The position numbers and the translations under genes are program-made. A stretch of 64,000 nucleotides of DNA from an uncultured Nitrososphaerales archaeon (GTDB taxonomy: Archaea > Thermoproteota > Nitrososphaeria > Nitrososphaerales > Nitrososphaeraceae), in the NCBI GenBank assembly GCA_963695855.1, contig CAVOHZ010000003.1, positions 288,001-352,000 on the forward strand. The letters run 5' to 3'. Below the pieces are notes generated by a model. That model worked only from the letters and a program-made list of their open reading frames with translations. It had not been told where the DNA came from and did not search any database. Every line of letters starts with the position of its first letter. Within the stretch, counting starts at the first letter, position 1. Below are positions 44,502 to 54,981 of the stretch, piece by piece.

Positions 44502-44672
44502 TGATTAATCTTCCTTTATTTTTTTAGAAATTGAAGTTATTATAAATCCATAAGTTGAAAGTTGAGAAATATTGATTAACGCGGCAAATGCTGAATTCGT
44601 AGTGTTTTCATAGCTTCGAAGGTCTTATGTATGATTTGTATCTCAATCAATAGATATTAATATCCTCAATAT

Positions 44673-45047
44673 GTGTATTTTATTGATACTTTAGAATTTT
44701 ACACATATTTTTATATATTATGTATTACTATAAATAATATGGAGACTTTCCATAATATTTATTGCTATGATCCCATTGATAAGAATGCCAGACTAATAGG
44801 AGGAAAAAGTATTGGAAAAATTAAAAAAATCCTAGATAAAAATATAATTACACAAAGGGATAATGGAGAAATATTTTATTTACCAAATAAGTATATTTAC
44901 GGATTTGATGGAATGAATTTTTGGTTTATGTTATCAGAACGGGACGTATGTGAATATAAAATCAACGGGGTATTTGACATTCAATATTTTTCTTCATCAG
45001 CAAATCCGAGTATCTATTTTATAAGTGATAAATGGATGGTCAATTAA
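44673..45047 (+). CDS. PRC-barrel/DUF2171-like hypothetical protein (probable start at METFHN)
   Basis: IGKIK......IITQR....FYLP..YI.GFDG. Confidence 0.5.
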   Translation: MYFIDTLEFYTYFYILCITINNMETFHNIYCYDPIDKNARLIGGKSIGKIKKILDKNIITQRDNGEIFYLPNKYIYGFDGMNFWFMLSERDVCEYKINGVFDIQYFSSSANPSIYFISDKWMVN

Positions 45048-45154
45048 TATGTGTGGGTAATACGTGCAATTGCATGTTTGAGCATGTTTGATCAAAAGGA
45101 ATTTCCGTAACGTAATTTAATTTACTTTCAACGAGCGAATGATACCTAGATGTA

Positions 45155-45298
45155 TCATCCACCTCCTGCTCCCTCGCCTCCTCCTGTTGATTCAACTTCG
45201 AACGGTTCCATTTCCTTTTTTATTTCTTCTAGGCTTTGATTTTTTAAATCGTCTTGGGTTCCTTTCCTTTCAATCTTTTTTTTGGGTTTTTTGCTCAT
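45155..45298 (-). CDS. 47-aa hydrophilic microprotein with Gly-rich C-terminus (...STGGGEGAGGG*)
   Basis: Manual translation MSKKPKKKIERKGTQDDLKNQSLEEIKKEMEPFEVESTGGGEGAGGG*; TATA-like gttataaaa about 25 nt upstream. Confidence 0.6.
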   Translation of the reverse strand: MSKKPKKKIERKGTQDDLKNQSLEEIKKEMEPFEVESTGGGEGAGGG

Positions 45299-45741
45299 AA
45301 TAGATAATGTATTTCATTTTTTATAACTCTTATCCAATAATTATGTCCCAGACCTTTTAACGAGGTTTTGCTACCATTAAAAATAAAGAAAAATTTCGCA
45401 GAGTAAACAGCTTGGTGGATAGATACAAGTGATAGAGCATTGATTGAGTGGATGGAATTATCATGTATTATATGTAATTTTTGCTTTGTACGTTTTCCAA
45501 GAAAAATACTCCAGGATAAATGAAAATAATAATAAATCTCTAAATTTGTAAATTAGACCTTTAGCTGAAATCTAAATATTTCATTGTTTGGACAAGATAA
45601 AATGAGGTCAATTTCTGATGAGTAAAACATAATCATTTACCATTACCATTTATATCAAATGGGTTAATATTCAAAATCAATTGTTAATAACCAGCCGGGA
45701 TTTCGTTAAACTGTTTTATACTATAATGTAGAGATCTAAGT

Positions 45742-45960
45742 ATGAATGAAATTATCGAATTAGACAATAATGCATATAATATTTCAATAGCCTTAGGACA
45801 TGATGCCAACTTTCTATATGATATTATTAATAAATATCGCGATGATGCAAAAAGATCCAATAGAGATGATTTGGTAAATCTATGGGAAGAAATAAAAAAA
45901 GATAGACAAAGACATTTAGATATTTTGAAAGAAGCATTAGAGAAAGAAATACAAAAATGA
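45742..45960 (+). CDS. Small ferritin-like (two-helix) protein
   Basis: YRDDA...LWEEIKKDRQRHL..LKEAL with a D/E-x2-3-H pattern. Confidence 0.7.
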   Translation: MNEIIELDNNAYNISIALGHDANFLYDIINKYRDDAKRSNRDDLVNLWEEIKKDRQRHLDILKEALEKEIQK

Positions 45961-46424
45961 TTCATAATATTAAAGGATCGGAAATAATTACTTCAGATAA
46001 TAAAAATATTGGTAAGGTAAGGAGGATAGATAAAAAAAATAGGGACTATTTTATTGTTTTTAAAAAGGGTCTTTTTAATGATGAAGAGTTTCATATACCT
46101 TTTGAAGCTATAGTCCGAAAATCGGAAGACGATAATAAAATTTTTTTAAATTTGAAAGAGTCACAACTAAAACATGGTCATGAATTAATAAAAAAACATA
46201 GACCATCGGACCTAGTAAAAGGAAAATCATATCCTACATTTGCTAATCCTATCGAAAAAGAGATAATCCGATATGAAGTATTTTCTACATCGAAAACTAG
46301 AAAGAAAGAAAAAAAAGAGATACCGAGTAAGTTTTTGTGTGATAGCTGCTCAGAACAGTTTGAAAATGGTCAAAATTTAGAACAACATAGAATGGAAGCA
46401 CATTTTGGCCCAGTTGGCATATAA
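45957..46424 (+). CDS. PRC-barrel-like protein with C-terminal C2H2 zinc finger
   Basis: IKG.EIITSDNKNIGKV...KKGLF..EEFHIP..AI; CDSC...F.....LEQH...AH; ATGA overlap with the upstream gene. Confidence 0.8.
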   Translation: MIHNIKGSEIITSDNKNIGKVRRIDKKNRDYFIVFKKGLFNDEEFHIPFEAIVRKSEDDNKIFLNLKESQLKHGHELIKKHRPSDLVKGKSYPTFANPIEKEIIRYEVFSTSKTRKKEKKEIPSKFLCDSCSEQFENGQNLEQHRMEAHFGPVGI

Positions 46425-46989
46425 TATATTTTAAAATATCATATTTTAGATTTTTACTTACTAGTGTCTTTTTTTTAACATAATTAAGTCTATTTCTGCT
46501 TTATTAGCCATCCAATCTTCTATTCCTTTGTGTACAAACATAAGCAATATATAGAATAGTCAGGTACGTCATCTTACACCTTGTATTTGTATTTCTTGCT
46601 CAATGTTCCTTCAAAAAAGAACATTTCAATGCTATAAAGATTAAAAAATAAATTTTGGTGGAATACAAATCCGAGGTTAATATTTAAAATCGAGAACAAA
46701 AAGCAACGAGAGTTGTCTCATTCTTGTCTGGTTAAACAACCTTTGAGAATGGTGATGCAATAATGTTCTAGATCTGTTTTAACCAATACATTATATAATT
46801 TACCTCGTTCAGAAGGTGACCTACAAAACTTCATTGATATGATCCTCTTGGCGACACAAAAAAAGTATATCAAAATTGTTCATAAGATCTATGTGATTAT
46901 GGTTATAAATTAAAAATAATATCATAAAAATAAAAAATAAATTAAGGTATATCTGGATTTAGTTAATAATCCGTAATCTTTATAGATTA

Positions 46990-47150
46990 TTAACTATCCC
47001 TTGAACCTACCTTGGTCATTCCCTTTTTTTGTATTGTTCTTCAGCATAATTGGAGTTTGTACCTGTATTGCCTTGATCGACAATTTCTTGATCATCTTTA
47101 TTTCTCTTAACTGCAGTCGGTTCATGTGAAGTGATTTTTTCGGGAGACAT
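46990..47150 (-). pseudogene. Small hydrophilic protein, probably damaged
   Basis: MSPEKITSHEPTAVKRNKDDQEIVDQGNTGTNSNYAEEQYKK; one extra A in the A7 tract would continue KGMTKVGSRDS*. The upstream frame runs into a 13-bp repeat. Confidence 0.45.
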
Positions 47151-47191
47151 AGGATCCTTTCCTCTATAATTATTTTTTTTCTTTCTTATAT

Positions 47192-47230
47192 TATAATGTA
47201 ATTCTATAATGTAATTCTATAATGTAATTC
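47192..47230 (+). repeat. 13-bp tandem repeat (tataatgtaattc) x3
   Basis: Directly visible. Confidence 0.9.
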
Positions 47231-47376
47231 ATTTTATATAACCATTATAGGAATAATGGTTATGTTTTTTATTTAATTGATATAAATACAAAATCTCACT
47301 TAGGCGCAAACTATGCAATATATATTTTTCTTGTTAACCGTTATAAACTATATTGTATGATTAATATGTAGATATA

Positions 47377-47862
47377 ATGGTAGAAAAGAAAATGATAGAA
47401 CAAAAAATTGGAGAAGCAATAGGCTTAGAGAAAGCAGCTCAAAAGGTAGTGGAAGAACTAAAGTCGAAAGGGTTAATAAAACAAGAACATGAAAAAAAAC
47501 TGATGATCATGAAAGAAGAAGCAAACAATCAACAGACAAAGATGGAAGACCTCATCACACAAATTGCTGAGAGCGAGGGATTAAGTTTAGATAATATTAT
47601 TTCCGTTACTGACGAGACGGCTGAAAAAGCGTACAAAATAATGATTACTTATTTGGGAGAATCACCAGATGAACAAGAAGCTTTGGAATTTTTATGTCTA
47701 GCAGAAGGTGCAGAGGTTACTCATTATGAGGTTCTGTCTTCTATGGCAAAAAAAGTAAAGAGCAGAAAATTTGGGACGACAGTTAGGTCTATATTGAAAG
47801 AAGAAATAGACCATTTGAAATTATGTACAAAATACGCTAAACAAAATATCGTCAGGGAGTAA
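47377..47862 (+). CDS. Ferritin-like four-helix protein (YciF/DUF892-like)
   Basis: LEKAA, EEANNQ, AEGAEVTHYE and EEIDH carboxylate/His motifs. Confidence 0.75.
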   Translation: MVEKKMIEQKIGEAIGLEKAAQKVVEELKSKGLIKQEHEKKLMIMKEEANNQQTKMEDLITQIAESEGLSLDNIISVTDETAEKAYKIMITYLGESPDEQEALEFLCLAEGAEVTHYEVLSSMAKKVKSRKFGTTVRSILKEEIDHLKLCTKYAKQNIVRE

Positions 47863-47878
47863 GAAAATTCAATACAAT

Positions 47879-48652
47879 CTATTTTAATTTACAAACTATT
47901 GGCATATCTTGCTTATGCTGATTTTTATCAATAAGTAATTTTATTTTCAAAATTTTTGTCTTTGAAATATCAGTTGTACTAAGTAAATTAGGTTTTGATT
48001 TTTTATGTTCTAACAATTGGAGAATCTTGTCAATTTCTTCATAATTTATACCTAGTTCTTTTTCGGCCGTTTGACCTTTCCACAAACGGGCGCTACTCGT
48101 TTTATTAATTATTTTAATAGGAATCTCCAAATATTGAGCAAGGGTTCTTACCTCTGATTTATATAGATCACCAATAGGAAATAGGTCAACACCTCCATCT
48201 CCGTATTTTGTGTAATAACCTAACATAATTTCACTCTTATCTCCTGTACCTAAAACTAGGCTGTGCTTTAAAGTTGCATAATAGTAAAGAACTGACATTC
48301 TTAGTCTCACTAAAAGATTAGCGACTGCCATTTTATTTTTAGGCAGTTTTCTTACCAATTCTTTTTTGATCTTTTTGAGATCTATTACCTTATATTTTAT
48401 CTTTAAACTTTTTGCTAGTTTAATAGCGTCCGCTGTATCAGCTCGTGGAGTGACAGAAGAATCCGGAAGCATTAATGCAAATACCCTTTTGCTTCCTAAG
48501 GCTTTAACTGCTAATAGTCCAACTAAAGATGAGTCTACACCACCACTTAAACCTACAACTATGCCTTGGGATTTCCTTTTTTGAACTTCTAGTTTTATAA
48601 AATTCACTATTGTGTTAGGCACGAGATTATTATCATTCTTATCCTTAGTCAA
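47879..48652 (-). CDS. nadE: NH3-dependent NAD+ synthetase
   Basis: VVGLSGGVDS, RLRM..LY, GTGDKSE..LGYYTKYGDGG, SARLWKGQTAE.ELG. Confidence 0.96.
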   Translation of the reverse strand: MTKDKNDNNLVPNTIVNFIKLEVQKRKSQGIVVGLSGGVDSSLVGLLAVKALGSKRVFALMLPDSSVTPRADTADAIKLAKSLKIKYKVIDLKKIKKELVRKLPKNKMAVANLLVRLRMSVLYYYATLKHSLVLGTGDKSEIMLGYYTKYGDGGVDLFPIGDLYKSEVRTLAQYLEIPIKIINKTSSARLWKGQTAEKELGINYEEIDKILQLLEHKKSKPNLLSTTDISKTKILKIKLLIDKNQHKQDMPIVCKLK

Positions 48653-48902
48653 TTTAATATTGATAAATCCTTATTTCTTATATACATATTAATTATTTTT
48701 AATCTTGCATTACTTTATTTAAAAAACTGTTTTAAACTGATAATCAACAAAGTTACTAAGGTCGAGTATTTAATTTCTTTTTCGAACGAGTAATATTACT
48801 AACCTTTAAGTTCGGTGGGACACTTTTTAAAAAAATGTATATAAAATTGCTAGTCTTCTACTAATCATTGCAGTTCAAATAACAAATAATTATATAAAAA
48901 AA

Positions 48903-49376
48903 TTATTGTCCAAAAGGACTTTCTAATTTAGCTCCTGCGGCTACATCAGAACCATTTGGATCCGCATCGTCATTTGGTTCTTCCGTGATCACGAACTGAG
49001 AGTAGGTATATGGATTTACCATTTTCTGAGTAAAGTTTAACTCATTATTGTCAAATTCACCTAAGCTCAATTTATATCCTGATCCACCAGCATCTTCTAA
49101 CCAGCCTTCATATACTCTGTCTTGGGGCGCTGCTACATCAATTTGGGCCTGCAACTTTATGTTATTATCTTGTGAAGAAATCATTAACGTTCCTTTTTTT
49201 TCACCTCCATAAGGAGTAGGTCCTTCTGGGGCAGTAAGGTCTATCTGTGTTTCCTGTGCTAGAACAATAGGAAATAACACTGGGCTCGTTAAAGCTAATG
49301 ATATTATAATTGCTATTGCATAGCTAACTTTATTCACGTTCGACCCTTTTACTTTAAAATAACCTGTCTCTTTCAT
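48903..49376 (-). CDS. Secreted protein with RskA-C-like beta domain
   Basis: Signal peptide ending VLA-Q; VYEGWL...LSLG...FVITEEP. Confidence 0.7.
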   Translation of the reverse strand: MKETGYFKVKGSNVNKVSYAIAIIISLALTSPVLFPIVLAQETQIDLTAPEGPTPYGGEKKGTLMISSQDNNIKLQAQIDVAAPQDRVYEGWLEDAGGSGYKLSLGEFDNNELNFTQKMVNPYTYSQFVITEEPNDDADPNGSDVAAGAKLESPFGQ

Positions 49377-50078
49377 ATTTCTATTAGTACAATAAACTAT
49401 AAATCTGATTATGTACTTAATAGTTTTTTAAATATGTGTCAAGACGGCATAAGTATAACGTAAAATAAATGATGTACCACATGGCATCATTATTTAGAAT
49501 ACAATTATTTTGATTAATTATATCATAACAATGAAGCACAACGAAGCACAATATTGCATTAGATATCTTTAATACGTTACGAATGATTTTACCTTCCGAT
49601 AGTTTAATTCAAGTTTAGTTCAATGGAATAAAAATCTGGTCGTTATTACATGACCAGATGTCTAATGAAATAATTTATAATATTTTAGCTATGGCTAAAT
49701 ATTATATATTTAATTGCACAAGACAGTTAAAATTCAGAAAATTAATGTTTAAACTCATTATAGCCCATTATTCCGCGAGAAGAAATTAAGGTTGTTGCTT
49801 TTAATTCAAAAAATGTAATTAATTTATCTCATTCATAATCTTGTAATTAAAAGAATATATCTCCTCCTTAATCAAAATTTTTAGACAATACAGAATTTTA
49901 GTGTTATACGGTTTTTATATTATTTAAAATATTAGAAATTGCGATTTGAAACTAAGAACTGGCAAACTATAACTAATTTAAGAGATAACATATAGACAAA
50001 ATAGATTTACTTCATAATTTACTTTAGTGCAGTAAAATTTAAAAAAAATAGATGTTAGGAAGGATGATATAATTTGCT

Positions 50079-50366
50079 TTACTTCCCTAAATCTTTTATA
50101 CCTTCCCCAATATCGGATAATACTTCTCCTGTACCCTTGGCAAGACCTTTGGCTGCTTCTCCAGTTTTATTCAGTAATTCTGAGCCAGCTTTAGATGCAT
50201 TATCTTGCGCTTCTTCTGCCGTTTGATTAATAGATTTGGAGGCATCTTTCAGCTTTTGATTTGTCTCTTCGGAAATTGCAAATGCAGGAATTATGATTGA
50301 TCCTACTATAGCCGACAATGTCAATACGAGTGAGAGGAATATTCCAAATTGAATACGGTTAATCAA
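50079..50366 (-). CDS. Small secreted LEA-like helical protein
   Basis: Signal peptide ending AFA; A/K/E/G-rich amphipathic repeats (NKTGEAAK...GEVLSDIG). Confidence 0.7.
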   Translation of the reverse strand: MINRIQFGIFLSLVLTLSAIVGSIIIPAFAISEETNQKLKDASKSINQTAEEAQDNASKAGSELLNKTGEAAKGLAKGTGEVLSDIGEGIKDLGK

Positions 50367-50557
50367 TCCAAAGGTGCCTCTTTAGCTTTTTCTTTCTCGT
50401 ACTCAGTTTCTAGATCTCTATCAGGATCTTGTATTTTTTTGCCTACTGCCTTCAACCCCGCCTTTATTTTATCGCCAGCACCTTCGTCTGTATCAGTATA
50501 ATCAGTCTCGCTATCTGTATCTACTTTATATTCTGTTTCTTTTTTTATATCTACCAT
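50363..50557 (-). CDS. Small hydrophilic (hydrophilin/LEA-like) protein
   Basis: Highly charged 64 aa (GDKIKAGLKAVGKKIQDPDRDLETEYEKEK); overlaps the next gene by 4 nt. Confidence 0.75.
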   Translation of the reverse strand: MVDIKKETEYKVDTDSETDYTDTDEGAGDKIKAGLKAVGKKIQDPDRDLETEYEKEKAKEAPLD

Positions 50558-50698
50558 TGTACTATATTTAACACATTAAACTATATTAAGATGATATACT
50601 TGGTTCAAAAATGTCTAATAATTAGACCTGGTCCTATAATAAAATGCCTGTATTTGGTCAACAAAATATATTAGCATGATCGTTTATATTATTCTTAA

Positions 50699-50869
50699 AT
50701 GGTATCGCTAGAAAGTGGTATTGTCCTAATAATTGTGGGTGTAATAGTGTTATTTCTAAACCGATTGCTCCCGGCACTCCCTGCTCGTATCATGTATGTG
50801 ATAGGTTCGATCTTGCTTGTCATAGGAATAATACTAGTTATTGTATATTTGGTATATGCGGTAGTTTAA
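50699..50869 (+). CDS. 56-aa two-TM membrane microprotein
   Basis: MVSLESGIVLIIVGVIVLFLNRLLPALPARIMYVIGSILLVIGIILVIVYLVYAVV*, followed by a T-rich tract. Confidence 0.75.
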   Translation: MVSLESGIVLIIVGVIVLFLNRLLPALPARIMYVIGSILLVIGIILVIVYLVYAVV

Positions 50870-52009
50870 GTTAGGGCCTCAGCATTTATTTTATTTTTTT
50901 ATTTGTGACTTCATTTTCATACCTTATGGTATAATTTTTATTTTGGTGATTTTACACGTTTAATTTCTATTGGATTTTCAATTAAAGGTTTTTTTATAAA
51001 ATCGTCGACAAAAAGAAGGATTAAAAATCAGAAAGGCCCCCAAATAATTTGTCAAATCATGATGTTTTAATTATTACTTTAAGGATAGTGAACCTGCTTA
51101 TATTATCTACTTAATTCTACTTTATTGATTTAAGGATTGATTTTACGAAGAACGATTTTTGATTTGTTTTTTCGTTTTAATAACGTTTATCATTTTTGTA
51201 TCAAATGATTATTTATTCATAATAAAGCTTATTTGTCCATTAATCTCAAGATAAGGTAATCTTATCTCTGATAGGTCATCCGTACCGTGCAGTCGCATCT
51301 GCGATTCGAATTCATTGTCATTTTAGCCCTTTCTAATGCACCTTCTAAAAACTTTCCATTTTTAACCAACAATATAGTTTTTTCCCATAAATCTTTCGAA
51401 TAATTTAAAAATAAATGAAATTCATTTTCAGAAAGAGAGCTGATTAAAATTATTGTATATTTAACGCCATGTAGGTAATACTTAAAATGATATATGGACA
51501 AGAATTAAATGGATTGTAAAATGGATCCAGGCATTTTTCCCATTTGACTATGACTTCATGTTGAAAAATTAAAAGATAAACTGAAAATTATATAATTTCT
51601 GTATTAAACAATTTTTGTTATAATCGAACATATTAAAGTTAAAAATTAAAATAGTTGCTCTTTTGTAAATTTGTGAGTAAAAATTACAAATGTGGTGATG
51701 ATTTTATTCATTAAATTAATTTTAATAATCTCTTATTCGCTAAATCTTATCTCAAGAGAACTGGATTCCTTTTCTAAATAAAAAAATAAAAATTACTAGT
51801 ATGGGCCTCGCCTTAAAATCCTTTTACTATACACATTATAGATAAACATCTAGAATTAAAAATTATATAATTCTCTTGATATGAAATATAATGAATTGTA
51901 TGAAATCTATAACCTAAAAGATTGTATGAAACCTATAATCTAAAATGTCTACTATTCACAATGAGAAGGAACATTATTTAAATTATAATGTGGTTATAAT
52001 AAATAGCTG

Positions 52010-52573
52010 ATGACCTTAATTGGGGATTTTTATAGATGGATTAGTAGTAAGATATCTCCTAGGCCGACCAATTTTAGCTGGGTCATAAAAGGTCAATTAG
52101 CGGGAAGTGGATTGCCACTAACTTTTAAGCAGTTTCAATGGATACAAAGTGAAGATATTAAGACTATTATAACGTTAAGAGAGATCCCGCTCCCCCCAAA
52201 ATGGTTTGATACCCTAGATAGTTTAAATAGCATTAACAAGTTAGACGATGTAAAAAATCATAAAGAGAATAGAATGAATTATTTACATCTGTATGTAGAA
52301 GATTATAAAGTACCGTCAATTCAAGACATTGATTCCACAGTTAAATTTATTGAAAATGAAATTAAATTAAATAGATCTGTGATGGTTCACTGTGCAGCAG
52401 GTAAGGGAAGGACAGGAACAATATTGGCAGCTTATCTATTAAAGAAAGACAATCTGTCGCCGGAACAAGCAATCAAAAAAATTAGAGAAATTAGACCTGG
52501 CTCAATCCAAACAACAATACAAGAAAAATCTATATACGAATATTCAAGTTATATAAATTCAAGAAAAAACTGA
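52010..52573 (+). CDS. Dual-specificity protein phosphatase (CDC14/PTP-like)
   Basis: NFSWVI..LAGS..P; VEDY..P; VHCAAGKGRTG; RPGSIQT..Q. Confidence 0.95.
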   Translation: MTLIGDFYRWISSKISPRPTNFSWVIKGQLAGSGLPLTFKQFQWIQSEDIKTIITLREIPLPPKWFDTLDSLNSINKLDDVKNHKENRMNYLHLYVEDYKVPSIQDIDSTVKFIENEIKLNRSVMVHCAAGKGRTGTILAAYLLKKDNLSPEQAIKKIREIRPGSIQTTIQEKSIYEYSSYINSRKN

Positions 52574-52675
52574 CACCTGTTCATGACATGACTTTGGTTA
52601 TTGAAAATTAGTATTATCGATTTATAGTGTATACAAATATATGATTATTAATTAATAACTTAGATACATATTAAA

Positions 52676-53065
52676 ATGAATTTTGATCAATTAGATGAAT
52701 GCAGTTATTTAGTAAAGCAGGCAAGAAATAGCGGGAAAGATGAGAAATTTAAAAATCTAGAAGGAAAAATTATAGATTTTATACTAAGTGAAAATTTCAT
52801 GTTTCCTGTGGAAAAAAAAGTTCTAATAAATGACAATAGTGCTTCTTTTGTATACAAAGGCAACAAGACATTCATGAATACTTTTGAATTTCTAAGTGAA
52901 CTGCTTGAATTAGATATTCCTTTCCATTTGAATGGCTGTAAATTTGGTCCGTCAGAAATCATAGTTGCAGCGACCAGCGAAGAAAATGCCAAGACCAAAC
53001 TACAAGAGAATACTCTCACCCTTCAAAAGATGGTCAGATCAAAAATAATAAAGAAAAAGAAGTGA
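52676..53065 (+). CDS. Hypothetical protein
   Basis: 129-aa ORF co-oriented with the phosphatase. Confidence 0.7.
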   Translation: MNFDQLDECSYLVKQARNSGKDEKFKNLEGKIIDFILSENFMFPVEKKVLINDNSASFVYKGNKTFMNTFEFLSELLELDIPFHLNGCKFGPSEIIVAATSEENAKTKLQENTLTLQKMVRSKIIKKKK

Positions 53066-53205
53066 AATGGCCATTATCCCATGTATTATGCAATATGGAG
53101 CAGCACATATAAGGACAAAAAGATAGGACAGGATGAAATTTTCCAAAACTACTGAGCTCAAATGTATTATATGAGACTACATGAATAATTGATTGAAGTG
53201 ATTAT

Positions 53206-54174
53206 TTGAAGAATTCGGAAATTAATAAAGTAATTATTATAAATCCTAGTTCCCAGAGTGGACGTACTGGAAAAGATAAGGATGTACTGTTTAACTCTTT
53301 AAAGGAGTCAATTAAAAATTCTAAAATAATCTTTACAAAGAAACCAGGTGAGGGTAAATCTTTAGCTAGACAGTACTTGAAGAAGGGATACAAAGAGATT
53401 CTTGCTGTTGGAGGTGATGGAACCATAAATGAGGTAGGTAACGGGTTTTTTGAACCTAATAATGTAGATAAACCAGATTTGATAAAAAATATAAATCCTA
53501 AGGCAATATTTTCTATTCTACCTTGTGGAACGAGAAATGTGTTTGCGAATTCACTTGGTCTGCCGCAGCAGTTTGAAGAATGTGTTAATTCGCATTGTAA
53601 ATTAAAACCAAAAAAAATTGATGTCATCGCAGCTATTGTTACTAATCCTATATCAAAAAAACTTACAAAACCTCGTATTTGTTTTAATGCGGTAGAGATT
53701 GGCGCGGCAGCTGAAATAATACAAAGATCAAAGAAAGTCAGAAGTAAAATAAACAGCAGATTAATATCTACTATCACAGGTATTATTTCAACCGTACCGA
53801 CTTATACAAGTAATATGTTAGAGATCACAATTGACGATAAAATAACTATAAATCAAAATGTTACAATTTGTGTCATTGCAAATGGAAAATATTTAGGCGG
53901 ACAATTTAATGTCGCTCCTCAGTCAAGTATTTCAGATGGTTACTTTGATATAATTCTGCTTAAAGATTCTGGAAGTTTGATGATGTTGGGCGGGATTGTT
54001 CGGATGAAAAGTGGCAATTATTTTGAAAAAGATAACATTTTGTATTTTAGAGCCAAGAAAGTCCATATAAAATCTAAAGAAAGAAGTGTAAGCATTAGTG
54101 TTGATGGCGAACCAATAGGAGTTCTTCCAGCAACCTTTCAGATTTTGCACAACAAATTATTTATGAGGATTTAG
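53206..54174 (+). CDS. Diacylglycerol/lipid kinase family protein (YegS/DgkB-like)
   Basis: INPSS.SG, AVGGDGTINEV.NG, LPCGTRNVFA, NGKYLGG, DGYFD, VDGE. Confidence 0.93.
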   Translation: MKNSEINKVIIINPSSQSGRTGKDKDVLFNSLKESIKNSKIIFTKKPGEGKSLARQYLKKGYKEILAVGGDGTINEVGNGFFEPNNVDKPDLIKNINPKAIFSILPCGTRNVFANSLGLPQQFEECVNSHCKLKPKKIDVIAAIVTNPISKKLTKPRICFNAVEIGAAAEIIQRSKKVRSKINSRLISTITGIISTVPTYTSNMLEITIDDKITINQNVTICVIANGKYLGGQFNVAPQSSISDGYFDIILLKDSGSLMMLGGIVRMKSGNYFEKDNILYFRAKKVHIKSKERSVSISVDGEPIGVLPATFQILHNKLFMRI

Positions 54175-54325
54175 TAGGTAAGAATTTGTAATAAGTCAAT
54201 ATCTATAATTATTAGATTATGCCACTCGTTATTTAGATTAATGAAGATTTAAAATTGCAAAATGCAGTTCATGTTGTATTTGCAATAAACAATATAACGT
54301 CACGTTAAGCTTATCTCCTTTTATG

Positions 54326-54604
54326 TTAGTTTTCTATCACGGATTTAATATGAAATTTTATTCCACAAAAGGGACAGTATGAAATTGGAAGTTCGTACAA
54401 CTCTAAATTATTTTCTCCAGCGTAGCCTAAAGTATCGATAAGGTATATCTTTAAATCTTTTACATCATAATTGGAAACGCCTATAAGATTTTTTTTTAAA
54501 GCCTGTTTGAACAAGGCACAACATGTTGTTAACAACTTTTTTTCTCTTAATAAATCACCATCATATTTGATAAGAATTAACATTTCAATCGTATTGCTTT
54601 CCAA
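54326..54604 (-). CDS. Small protein with CC...YCPFCG zinc motif
   Basis: TCC and ISYCPFCG. Confidence 0.6.
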   Translation of the reverse strand: MESNTIEMLILIKYDGDLLREKKLLTTCCALFKQALKKNLIGVSNYDVKDLKIYLIDTLGYAGENNLELYELPISYCPFCGIKFHIKSVIEN

Positions 54605-54981
54605 ATTCTTTTACTAAATTATATACAACATCTATATTAGGTCTTTCAGTTTATCCTTTTTTCAATTAGGTAAAAGCTACATTGTGAAATTAGCTTTCTC
54701 TGAATTTTCTCTGGATGTAAATCTTTTACGTACTTCAAATACTGTGGACCCACCATCTAATTTTGTTTGCGTAATCTTTTTCTTCCTTATTGCCATGATT
54801 CATCGAGACAAACATACATAATCACATTAGCTACATCTCTAGGTCCTACAAGTACTATCAAGACGCACTCATATTTTTTGTCAAGATTGTACTTTCATAT
54901 TTAGTATTAAAGTGGACAATAAAATAAAGAAATCCTAGATATTATTGATCAATTATCCATTTGTTCTTATTTCGTCAGCCT

